Source of the DNA: an uncultured cyanobacterium
GTDB taxonomy: Bacteria > Cyanobacteriota > Cyanobacteriia > Phormidesmidales > Phormidesmidaceae
Reading direction: 5' to 3'
Assembly: GCA_963793265.1 (NCBI GenBank)
Contig: CAWBZI010000001.1
Location: forward strand, 1-64,000
DNA length: 64,000 nt
In this document: piece by piece, positions 1 to 9,499 of the stretch
Layout: every line of letters begins with the position of its first letter
Position numbering within the stretch: the first letter of the stretch is position 1
Made by a program: the position numbers and the translations under genes
Notes under the pieces: generated by a model
What the model saw: the letters and a program-made list of their open reading frames with translations, nothing else
Told to the model about the DNA's origin: nothing
The model's database searches: none

Positions 1-436
1 AGCAAATCAAGATCGCTAATTTGGCGAAGAGATATGTTTTGATAGGCGCTGATGGCTAAGAGGGGGCCTTTGAATGCGATCGCCTGTAAGCCCGAAGCTT
101 CAAAGCATTTAATCAAGCGGCACAGCTCCTTAGTCAGTATTAGATTATGGTACGTGTTCTGACGAAGAAAGCCTCGAGCTGAGTTAAAATATCGGCAGAT
201 AGGTTTTCAGCGCATATCTGCTTCAAGTTACAGCATACTATTGGCAAAACGCCGTGCTGCGCGGCAGTTTGGAAGAAGAATATCCAGTCGACAGGGGTAT
301 TAGCTAGCTCATGAATGCGATCACTTATCGCTTCAGAAGGATTGAGCCTGGCACAGCATAGCAAAAGCTGTAGCGCCGTCTGCGAATGACAGCTCATCTT
401 TGAAGATACCGTTTCTTGTATTAACTGAGCGACCAT
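1..436 (-). CDS. Nucleotidyltransferase family protein (NTP_transf_5-like) of the lasso cluster; frameshifted, runs off the window edge
   Basis: ORF 140-436 has DW..FFQTAAQHGVLP. Other frames below 140 read ILTKELCRLIKCFEASGLQAIAFKGP and AISAYQNISLRQISDLDL, i.e. the KG...R..xDxD motif. At least 2 frame breaks. Confidence 0.8.
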
Positions 437-674
437 TGTATTAAAGTATTATCAGAGTCGTTAGTCATAGCAAAGTGCGGATGCATTCGTACCTTGCTAG
501 TCACTTTGGCCGTTGTTTCATAACAGGTTTCAGCCGACGTTAGTGTCGTAACCCAGGTGACAGGAACTATAGTATTAACCTATTGCAAGCAGTATCAGAG
601 ACATCAGTACAAACAGTCCGAAATTTCATACGCTTCATTGCTAGTCAACAGTTAGAACAAGCACCTTCTTAAAA

Positions 675-2490
675 TCATCGATAGTTTCTCGCCTGTGTCT
701 CAAACAAGTTGGCATACAGCATTGCTTCTCAATCAGTTCATCGTGGCTACCGCCCTCTACAATTCGGCCTTGATCCATCACATAAATCCGATCTGCCATT
801 TTTACGGTCGATAGGCGATGCGTAATTAAAATGGCGGCCTGATCTTGAATAAGTTCTCTAAAGCGCTTAAACACCTCGTATTCTGCCTTTGGATCCATCG
901 CGCTCGTTGGCTCATCTAGCACAATCACCTGAGAGTCTCGCAAAAAGGCTCTAGCTAGCGCCACCTTTTGCCATTGCCCAATACTCAGCTCCTCACCGCC
1001 CTGGAATAGCTTGCCTAGCATCGTGTCGTATTCTTTCGGCAGGCTAGTAATAACATCGTGAGCCCCAGAGCGTTTTGCAGCCGCCATCACAGCACCATCT
1101 TCTGGCGGAAGCTGAATATTGCCTAGCCAAATATTGTCTTGAGCCGAAAGGTGATACTTTGCGTAATCTTGAAAAATAACGCTAATCTGCCGCCGCAAAA
1201 TCAACCACATCTCAGATCTTGCAGGTCAACCCCATCAACTGTGATACGACCCCCCGTTGGATCATAAAGGCGACACCAACAGCTTAATCAAAGTCGTCTT
1301 GCCAGAACCATTCTCTCCTACCAGGGCGATTGTCTCTCCCGGACGCACCGTTAGCGATATATCTGCTAAGGCCTGACGGGTCGTTCCTTCGTACTGAAAG
1401 TCAACATGATCAAACACAATGCCTTCTGTCATCGTCGCAGGCATTACTTTAGGGTGCAATGGCGCAGTGATGTTTGGCTTAAGATCTAAAAACTCGTAGA
1501 GATTCGTCAAAAAGAGATTATCTTCATGTAGCCCTGAAACGCCAGACATCAAAGCCGTCAGCGAATTTTGTCCTCTTTGTAGAGCTTGATGATACAGCAC
1601 CAAATCACCTAGCTTGAGTACACCTTGTAGCGTTTGGTAAAGAATAAAGCCGTATATGGCACCCACCAAAATTCCTGAGAGTATGCTGACGGACAGAAAG
1701 GACAGCGACCGGCGGGTCGTCAGCTTGAGCTTAGCCTGATAAAGGCTAGCCCGCAGGCGATCAAATCGCTGGCTGAATAGGTCGCCTAGCTCAAAAAGCC
1801 GAATTTCTTTTGCAAACTGCTCTCCGGTCATCAACCAGGAAAGATACATCGACTGCCGTTCTACAGGCGTCCAGGTGCGCTGCCATTGATAAAGCTCACG
1901 GATTATATTGCAGTCGCACCAGCACAGAAGGAATAGCCGCTACTATCAAAACGCCCAAAATTCCCCAGTGAAGGGTCAGCAGCAGGCCCACCATTGCGAT
2001 TAAAGAAATGCTGTTTTGCCCTACTTGGGCCAGCCTCGCCAAAATCTGGTTTGGGCGGTAGGTTGCTTCTTGCTGCGCTCGTTGAAGCGTATCGTGGTAG
2101 CGGGGATTTTGTAGTAAGCGCAAATCAATTTCAATAGACTTGGCATGTAAAATACTACGCATGTAGTCTGATACTTTCTGAGTTTGTGCAGTACTAACTA
2201 ATTCAGGAACAGCTCACCATCGTTATTAGCACTACAAACACCACTCCGACCAGCAGCGGTGAAATCTGCCGCATTATCTGCTGCGGCTCGGCAAGTGCCA
2301 AGCCTTCAGTTAATGCATCGACAAGCAGCTTTACTAAATAAATAGAGGCTAACGGTAGCAGCCCTTGAACAAACAAAAGGCTTAGCTTAGCGACAGTCCA
2401 AGCCGGACTACTCTGCCACACAAGCCGCAAGGCAGGTATTAATTTCTGAGTACCTACAACAAATTTATTTAACGTTCGGCCAAACTGCAT
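675..2490 (-). CDS. ABC exporter (fused TMD+NBD), split by several frameshifts
   Basis: Four ORF pieces join into one exporter: TM segments, Walker A GENGSGKTT, signature LSIGQWQKVALARA, Walker B VIVLDEPTS, H-loop ITHRLST. The likely true C-terminus LYANLFETQARNYR* ends at 675 in another frame. Confidence 0.85.
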
Positions 2491-2523
2491 AGTGGATTCA
2501 GTCGTGACTGCTCAGGAGTTTTT

Positions 2524-3374
2524 TCATTTGCATGATTGGTCACTTAACCGCACTAAATCCGGCAGTTCTTCTAACCCAGGTTTGCCAACAAAGCGATAGC
2601 AAGGAACTTGCTCAAGCAACTTTGTACATTGCTGAAAGTGCTTTTTAAGCATTTGCGGGCTGGACAGCGTTTTTGTTGCACGAGTATGACTTACCACATG
2701 GGTAAAAGCGTCTTTCGGATGCATAGATATAATGCGATGCTTATTGCCGCTATCTAGAATATATAGCTTCTTCAGCGGTAGCGACTTCGATTGAAAACCG
2801 CTCTTAAAGTTATAAGCTCTTTTATATGCGTGCGCAAACAGAGGAGACATATCATCGGGATTCTTTCCAAGTGCGACGGCAGATTCCGGTGCGAGTTTGC
2901 ATTCAGGGAAAGAAGGAATAACGTTTACGACACTACTATTTAATTGAAGCGTCATCACATCGTCTGTAAGGACAACCCTTTGCATGTAGCGCTGCTGCCA
3001 ACGTAGATTTCCCACAGCCCGAGCCACCTAGAAATCCTATGGCAGTATCTTGAATAGTGGCGCTGCTAGCGTGCAAAACAAAGTAGCCTAGCTGCCGTAG
3101 TATTATTGACAAACAGCCACCTAAAATATTAGGCGCAATCATTTCGCGAGTAACGCCGTCAAAGGGCTCAAAAGTTACAAACTTTCCATGAGAAACTAAG
3201 CAAGTCCCAAGGTGCTCAAATTTGCACAAAAGAACTTGGGGTGAGAGTGAAACTGACTCTCGGTTTATAGTACCAATGCGTACCACTACGTCAACTGCAG
3301 ACGTTCCAGCGAGGGCCCCAGGCAGCACGGATCTCAGAGTGAATATTTAATCCATAGGCATAGTAGTGATACAT
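2524..3374 (-). CDS. HPr-kinase-like lasso peptide kinase (PadeK-type), frameshifted
   Basis: ATG at 3374 gives MYHYYAYGLNIHSEI. Following frames carry LHAS, Walker A GGSGCGKSTLA and LTDD. Lies directly after the precursor. Confidence 0.8.
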
Positions 3375-3588
3375 AGAGTTCTAATAGTTTCGTTGTGCAG
3401 AGGGTTTCTACTGAATAGTTTTCTTCATAGGTAGACTAGAATGGTTTTCTAGCTCATCCTTGTTTTGTTACAATAATGAGCTAGAGATCTTTAATCTAAG
3501 TAGTTGTGCAAAATAAGCTACATACAATTCATCTAAATCCTAGAGCTTAGGGATTTACCAGCCGTATTTTGCAAATATTTTTGCACGG

Positions 3589-3622
3589 GGACTTATGCAT
3601 CCACAAGCCATGCTACAAGTCC
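3589..3622 (-). terminator. Stem-loop just 3' of the lasso precursor stop codon
   Basis: Minus-strand RNA GGACUUGUAGCAU pairs with AUGCAUAAGUCC (one G-U, one bulge). No U-tract. Confidence 0.5.
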
Positions 3623-3635
3623 ACTTCAATTGAGA

Positions 3636-3794
3636 TTAAATAGGATCAGCGTCCCGTGAACCCTGAAGTTGTGCTACCGGATTGCCTTGCGCATTAAAGA
3701 CAGTATCGTCATTACCATTCGTGAAGTTTGCTTGCGTTATCTGTTCTACATTCCCGTAGGAGGTAAGAACAGGTTGGATGTAGCTTTTTTTCAT
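3636..3794 (-). CDS. Lasso peptide precursor (52 aa), absent from the ORF track
   Basis: Hand translation: MKKSYIQPVLTSYGNVEQITQ-ANFTNGNDDTVFNAQGNPVAQLQGSRDADPI. Leader motif YxxPxLxxxGxxxxxT, Thr at -2, core Ala1 with Asp8/Asp9. SD-like AAAGGAAA upstream. Confidence 0.92.
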   Translation of the reverse strand: MKKSYIQPVLTSYGNVEQITQANFTNGNDDTVFNAQGNPVAQLQGSRDADPI

Positions 3795-3908
3795 GATGAT
3801 GTTTCCTTTGAAGTGTTAAAGCATTACGTGTTCAATTAAGATGCACCTCCTTTGGACTTACAAACCAACTTATGAAGTAGTAGCTTCAGGCTGGTATGCC
3901 AGGATCAC

Positions 3909-5942
3909 CTAATCTATGTCAAACTTACCCTGCATACGCTGAAACCAAAGGGCTATGGCTGTAGAACTCCAAACCGTCAAGCTGTCTTTTTTTGCTATGT
4001 TCACTTTCGGCGTACTATGCTTTTGATATGATTTTAATCGCTGCCATGCCTCGCGCCATTCGTCAATATTAATATATGAGCTTGCTAGCTGTCTTTCATG
4101 GCTGAGCACTTTTTCAAAAGAACGACTATCTATATTCAACAAACCGTTAAGGAAATTAGGGGACATACTGGTTTTATCTCCTCTCTTCAGAATTGCCTCT
4201 GGCAGTATTCCTGCCAAACCTCGTCTCATAACAACCCGACCCAACCCCTGATTGAATTTTTGTTCAGATGGAATAGATAAGCAGAACTCGACAAGTCTTC
4301 TATCTAGAAAGGGATGCCGAGCTTCAAGACCAAAGGCCATCGCGTAACGATCTGTAGATTCTAGGTTTAGAGATAATAGTCCGCTTGTTAGAGTCTGCCA
4401 ATGGCTCTGTCTCACAGACATTCGCAAGCTTCTTTCTCTCCCGTACTCTCTCATTCTCTCATGCAAGTTAACCTTCTCTATAAGCCAGCTATTGACCAGC
4501 TCTGAAGAGAAACTTTCTTTGGTTCTATCTCTTTTGAAAATCTCATTTAGAATTCTTCTTGCAGCGGGTCTAATCCCGTGCTTTATGTATAGCTTGCGAC
4601 GCGAATAGTTAAACTGATTGTGGATACCGCTAGCAGTTTTTACGAAGTCTAAAATTTTTCCTGTCTTAGCTAGGTGTCTTAGATGACCTATAGCGTAGTA
4701 GTTGATAATAGTATCAGGAGGTACGTCGTAGTTTTTCCCGGTAACTTCTGCGGCATCAGCAAACTCATTCCATCTTTGTTCTATCGCTAGCTCATTTAAT
4801 CGCTCTACACCATGACACACTACTGTATCACCATCAAACCCGTCGAATATGACCCGCACTCCTGCCCTATAGGTTGCCTCGTTGAGCCTCCACGGTAAAT
4901 AATGAGACGGCCCTGTGACTGGCTCATCCTCGTATTGCCACATCTGTTCCACATCAGTCAGTGGCCCAAAATTGTCTACATAAATATAATGAGGCGTATA
5001 TTTGCCTTGTTTCAGTACCTCGTTGATATAGACCCTTTCATCACACTCTCTCACTGTGTCGAAAACGTTTGAAAACGTATGAAGTGTTTCTCTAGTTGTC
5101 GCATCTAAAAGTTTTCGAGCCATACAGGTAACTGAAGATGAGTCTAGCCCACCGCTCAAATGGCTACCTATTGGAAATGCGCTGCGCAACCGGCAGCGTA
5201 CGGCCTCTGTAAACATCTCTCTGAATGACTCTGCGTAAGCTTCATCAGACTCTAAAATAAGCTCGTAGTTCGGATCCAACGCCCAATATATTTCGCTACG
5301 AATACCTAATGTATTTATCCACATTCTCGTAGCGGGAGGAAGCCGAACGATCTCTTGGAATGTAGTAATTTCCTGATCCTCTAACATCGGCACCAAGTAA
5401 TCAGCAATCCGAGTTTCGTTAAGCCGACACGGCACCCAGTCGAGGCACAACAGCCCTTTGATCTCAGAAGCTACTGAAAATGAATGCTCAGAAGAATAAT
5501 GATAGAAAAAAGGCTTCACCCCAAAGTGATCTCTAGCACAAAATAGCTGCTGCTTCTCGCCATCCCAAATCAAGAAGGAAAAATCGCCTAGCAAGTGCTC
5601 AGGGCAATCACTATTCCATTTCTCATAAGCCGCCAAAATAAACTCACTATCAGCAATTTTCTCCAGCGGTCGGTCAGGTAAATCCAACACTTCAGCTAGC
5701 TCATCGCGGTTATCAATTCGCGCATCTGCCGTAATCGCCAACGACCCTTTCACTAAAGGTAGATTCTCATGCAAAGACTCCGGCGTCGTCCACAACATCC
5801 GATGCCCCAGCCCTATCGGCCCATCGCACCACACATCTACACCATCGGGCCCACGATGCGCCAGCACATCCACCATCTGCTGCAAATCTTCAGCCTTTAC
5901 TGGTTGCTCATCAAGACGATAGATACCTGCGATACCGCTCAT
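3909..5942 (-). CDS. Lasso peptide isopeptide bond-forming cyclase (AsnB-like)
   Basis: AsnB-like motifs HRGPD, ARDHFGVKPF, LSGGLDSSSV, EARHPFLD. N-terminus is MSG rather than MCG, so the glutaminase Cys is absent. Overlaps the B2 stop (ATGA). Confidence 0.92.
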   Translation of the reverse strand: MSGIAGIYRLDEQPVKAEDLQQMVDVLAHRGPDGVDVWCDGPIGLGHRMLWTTPESLHENLPLVKGSLAITADARIDNRDELAEVLDLPDRPLEKIADSEFILAAYEKWNSDCPEHLLGDFSFLIWDGEKQQLFCARDHFGVKPFFYHYSSEHSFSVASEIKGLLCLDWVPCRLNETRIADYLVPMLEDQEITTFQEIVRLPPATRMWINTLGIRSEIYWALDPNYELILESDEAYAESFREMFTEAVRCRLRSAFPIGSHLSGGLDSSSVTCMARKLLDATTRETLHTFSNVFDTVRECDERVYINEVLKQGKYTPHYIYVDNFGPLTDVEQMWQYEDEPVTGPSHYLPWRLNEATYRAGVRVIFDGFDGDTVVCHGVERLNELAIEQRWNEFADAAEVTGKNYDVPPDTIINYYAIGHLRHLAKTGKILDFVKTASGIHNQFNYSRRKLYIKHGIRPAARRILNEIFKRDRTKESFSSELVNSWLIEKVNLHERMREYGRERSLRMSVRQSHWQTLTSGLLSLNLESTDRYAMAFGLEARHPFLDRRLVEFCLSIPSEQKFNQGLGRVVMRRGLAGILPEAILKRGDKTSMSPNFLNGLLNIDSRSFEKVLSHERQLASSYINIDEWREAWQRLKSYQKHSTPKVNIAKKDSLTVWSSTAIALWFQRMQGKFDID

Positions 5943-6382
5943 TTTCTTACACCTGCAACAGCAAGCGGTTTAAACCGATCCAAATCACTCAGCCCACCCA
6001 TCACAACGCAGCCCTCATACTCAATCCAGGCGTGCGCTTCAAGCTCCTGTTTATCACCTTTAGCCACACCAATATGTAGCTGATGAACATAGCCATATCG
6101 ATTCAACAGAATTTGCGTGGTAAAAGCCTTTACCAAACACATAGCGCCCCCAGGCGTATGCCGACTAGCAAAGGTGACAGCCCATCGAATGAACTGAATA
6201 GAGACAGTTTGCCTAGCGCTAGTGCAAACCCAAATAGAGGAAACTTTATTGAGAAGCTGCCTCACAAAGCCAAAAGGAAACAGCCACAAAGCTAAACGAA
6301 TGCAGTTGAGCAACAGACACGCATAGAGCAATACCCGTCGTTCTTGCCAAGAAAAAGCAAGCAATTTGTTAAGTCGCCTCAT
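5939..6382 (-). CDS. Lasso peptide biosynthesis B2 leader peptidase (transglutaminase-like)
   Basis: CLVKA...LHIGV...AHAWIE Cys/His/Glu pattern; lies between the RRE and the cyclase. Confidence 0.9.
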   Translation of the reverse strand: MRRLNKLLAFSWQERRVLLYACLLLNCIRLALWLFPFGFVRQLLNKVSSIWVCTSARQTVSIQFIRWAVTFASRHTPGGAMCLVKAFTTQILLNRYGYVHQLHIGVAKGDKQELEAHAWIEYEGCVVMGGLSDLDRFKPLAVAGVRK

Positions 6383-6679
6383 CGTTTACCTCAACCAGGC
6401 GAGCCGCCTTCAGCTCCATAATTATTTTTGTCAGGTCTTGCTTACACTCCTCTGAGGGCACGTCATATTCTTCTAGCAAAATGCCGTGCAGCTCATCAAA
6501 CCTTCGAGACTGCTGCACCAGCTCCCAAATCCGAGCGCCTACCTCATTGAGGCCGTAGTAAACGCCCGAAGCCATATTCAAAATAACGGCCTCCCCCCCA
6601 GCTCAGACGAAATCTGATCTTGAGTCGGTGAAATGGTAGCGCTCGCAGAAATTTCTAATAATTTGGAAGACATATGCAT
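6369..6679 (-). CDS. Lasso B1 / PqqD-family RiPP recognition element; one frameshift in a G7 run
   Basis: YYGLNEVGARIWEL...EEYDV motif. The upstream frame MHMSSKLLEISASATISPTQDQISSELGG joins it as ELGGEAVILN if one G is added at 6593-6599. Confidence 0.88.
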
Positions 6680-6876
6680 TTTGAACCGTAGATTTCACAA
6701 GCCGTATGTGGTACGACTGTTCGATTACACTTACATTTACTCAAACAAATCTTGATATCTGGCAAACTGTCCGCACTTTCACGCAGGCTTTAAGCTCGCC
6801 TACAAAGCCTTAACAGTAGCGTGCGTGGTTTGTTCTGTAAGGCATTGGCAATAAGGCACACGCGCCAGCACGCAAG

Positions 6877-7784
6877 CTATCTCGAAGCCGCCTGCTTACT
6901 AATTACAGCCATCGCCACATAGTAATAAACCGTGAACAGCAGTCCAACGAAAATTTGAGCCCCCCAGGAACCATGCCAAAAGTCGAACCACCACTCACCC
7001 CAGTAGGCCGCAGCCATCACCATCAGCACAATTCTAGGCACATTAAACGCTAGGCCCAATCATAATACCTGTGCCCATCAGGCCCAAAATCTGCCCCCGA
7101 CTCCGCCGAAAAAAAACGCCCAGCAGCAGCCCCGTAATCGCCATCGCCACCGCCAAATTAAAGCCATTACACCGCCAGGCCACCTCCACCGCCCCAGACG
7201 GCATCGTAATAAATCGCCCCCCTTCCACCGCCGCAGGCTGACCCACCCACTGCAACACCTTCACACTCACCGCCGCCATCGCATTCTCCAGCCAAAACGG
7301 TGGCACCAAAAACCGCCACACCCCCTGAGCAATTACCCCTGGGCGCGTGTAAACCGTCAGCGGCATCAAAAAAGCCGTCAGCGGATAGCACGCAAAAAAC
7401 GTAGCACCCCAGGAGCGTAAGGGCAATGCCGACTAGCACAAAAAGCCAGACCAAAGCCTGCGACCAGAGTTCGGCTCTAAAAAAGGGGTATAGCGCGATC
7501 GCTCCCATCACCAACAAATGACCCACATACCGATCCGCCTCAGGCGCGACCACCCGGCTCAACTGCCGCCGACTTCGCCAAAGCGGAGCCATCCCCAGCA
7601 AAGCCGCGCTCGAAATTAGCACCAAGCCGGTCGAGCCACTGACCGAGCGCACCACCAAATCTTGCAGCCACAGCGGAAAATACAGCAGCCCCACTACCAG
7701 GCCCGCCAAAACAATTCGACCGTGACCGGTCGAGAGCAAACTGCGAACTGGCTTAACGACAGGTCCAACTACATTGCTCATCAA
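6877..7784 (-). CDS. Exosortase/archaeosortase family transpeptidase (probably cyanoexosortase C type), frameshifted into 3 ORFs
   Basis: Multi-TM protein with VEVAWRCNG (catalytic Cys), FNVPRI (Arg) and FWHG (His); close to a PTPA-CTERM gene. Confidence 0.82.
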
Positions 7785-7790
7785 TATCTC

Positions 7791-8429
7791 CTAGCTCGCA
7801 ATGCGACGAAGATTTGCCACACCCAGCCGACCCAGCGAAATTAAACCAAGCCCAACGACAAACAAATTCCCCACACCCGCCAAGGCTGATTTGGTAATGT
7901 CTGTTCTAGTGTCAGCCTTCAGTTGCTCCGCTTCCAGGCTAATCTGCTGCGCGGCCTGCTCTAGCTGCTCAAGCGTGACGTTAGCCGGTAGCTCATCACT
8001 GGCTCTACCCGCCTCAATCTGAAGCCGAAGCTGCTCTGTTTGCGAGTTAATATTGCTCAGCGTTTCGCCCTGCAAAATTAAGCTATCGCGAATCATGAGC
8101 GTGCAAGAGAGCACAAAAGCCACGCCAATTCCCATAGCCAGCAGAGACAGAGGTCGATTGATGCGGCGATTGTTGGCCTGGCTATAGAGCAATAGCGCTA
8201 CGCCAAATAGCAAAATTACGCTGCGATCGCCCGTCTGCTGCAAAACGCTAATCCGCCACGGCAAATCAAACAGATTCAACGGCACCGCCAGGGCCAGCAC
8301 ATCCACAGCAAACCCAGCCAAACAAACCACACCCACCACCAAACAGATCTGCCTGGAAATAGAAGTGGCTCTTTGCGACACGGGCCTGCGATTGTCGTAC
8401 TGAGCTGGCGGTCTTTGAAGACTGGTCAT
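7791..8429 (-). CDS. HpsJ-like membrane protein
   Basis: TM helices, WRISVLQQTGDRSVILLFG motif, coiled-coil loop, C-terminal helix. Likely start MTSLQR at 8429. Confidence 0.65.
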   Translation of the reverse strand: MTSLQRPPAQYDNRRPVSQRATSISRQICLVVGVVCLAGFAVDVLALAVPLNLFDLPWRISVLQQTGDRSVILLFGVALLLYSQANNRRINRPLSLLAMGIGVAFVLSCTLMIRDSLILQGETLSNINSQTEQLRLQIEAGRASDELPANVTLEQLEQAAQQISLEAEQLKADTRTDITKSALAGVGNLFVVGLGLISLGRLGVANLRRIAS

Positions 8430-8456
8430 AAGAGTGCAATAGGTAAGGATAGGGTA

Positions 8457-8478
8457 GGGGCATAGCACGCTACGCCCC
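8457..8478. repeat. REP-like short palindrome
   Basis: GGGGCATAGC-AC-GCTACGCCCC; related copies at 22691 and 50584. Confidence 0.6.
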
Positions 8479-8520
8479 CGGTGCAACATTATTTAAGTTA
8501 CAAAAGCAAATCAGTTAGTC

Positions 8521-9186
8521 TTACGCTTCCGTAGAGTCTTGATCGGCCAAGTTACGCTTACGCACAGCCGCCATGTCCCATGCCAATCAGACCCGGCAAA
8601 AGCGCAGGCGTAGGGATTGGCTCAGCCGAGATTTCACCTGCGAACGCAGTCACGCCTGTGAAACGGTTTGTGCTAAAAGTTGCTGATAACAGCACCTGTC
8701 CCGACAACAGATCCCCTGCCGTCTGTGAAAACACCTCTCAGGCCACCACCATTAAGCCCAAAAGCGCCAGTGGGAAGACTCATAGCCTGGGTAAAGCCAT
8801 CAAACTCAGTTAGATCAAATCTCAGGGTTGTGCCAGCCGCCTGAATGCCGCTAATGAAGCTGGTGATCGGTGCTGTTGGGAAAGTTATTGACTGCTGTCA
8901 GCGAAGAGAGGTCGCTAATTCTAGCGGTACCAGAATTTGAAAAAGACCCTGTACCGGCACCAACCGTCAGATCACCCGCTGTTCCAGCGTCGGCGTTTGA
9001 ATTTGTTCTTAGAAAATCGAACTGATAGTTGTTGGGTGCTGTTGTAGGTGCAGATCGAAAAATTCTGACTCTTCCAGCAAAGTTGAAGTCGCCGTTGAGC
9101 GTGAGAGCATGGGCAGGGGCGGAAACTGTCGTTGCGATCGCCACCGCACCAGCCGTCACAAAAAGCTTATTTACATTGTTGAACAT
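8521..9186 (-). CDS. PTPA-CTERM sorting-domain secreted protein; at least 3 frameshifts
   Basis: Signal peptide ending APAHA, Ser/Thr/Gly/Asn-rich body. C-terminus IPTPALLPGLIGMG (8576-8617) then MAAVRKRNLADQDSTEA* in shifted frames. Confidence 0.82.
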
Positions 9187-9499
9187 TTAAAGGAACTACC
9201 GTAATAATGAGTTGTAGAGATAAATATCAGATACGAAAGCCCGTTTGCAGCCAACTGCTATCGTCCAAGTTTTGCAGCAGACTCACAATTGTGATTTAAT
9301 AACTCTCGTATCGGTAGTGCCCTAGCCATGAGCAAACATAAATCGTCTGCCAGGCCCCTTTTTGTCTGTACTAAAGTACTCTACACCCGCATTCTAATAG
9401 TTAAATCTATCTTTCTTGATGTTTGCATCTTCTTAATCAAGTAATCTACAAATATCAAAAGACTGTAAAGCCTTACTTATTTGTCCTCGTCCAAACCAG

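Noticed and set aside
3555..3611. 18-aa ORF MACGCISPRAKIFAKYGW as a second precursor
   Set aside because: No leader motif, no ring Asp/Glu, and it starts inside the hairpin.
3909..5942. Ordinary asparagine synthetase AsnB
   Set aside because: Lacks the N-terminal catalytic Cys and is flanked by B1, B2 and a leader-bearing precursor.
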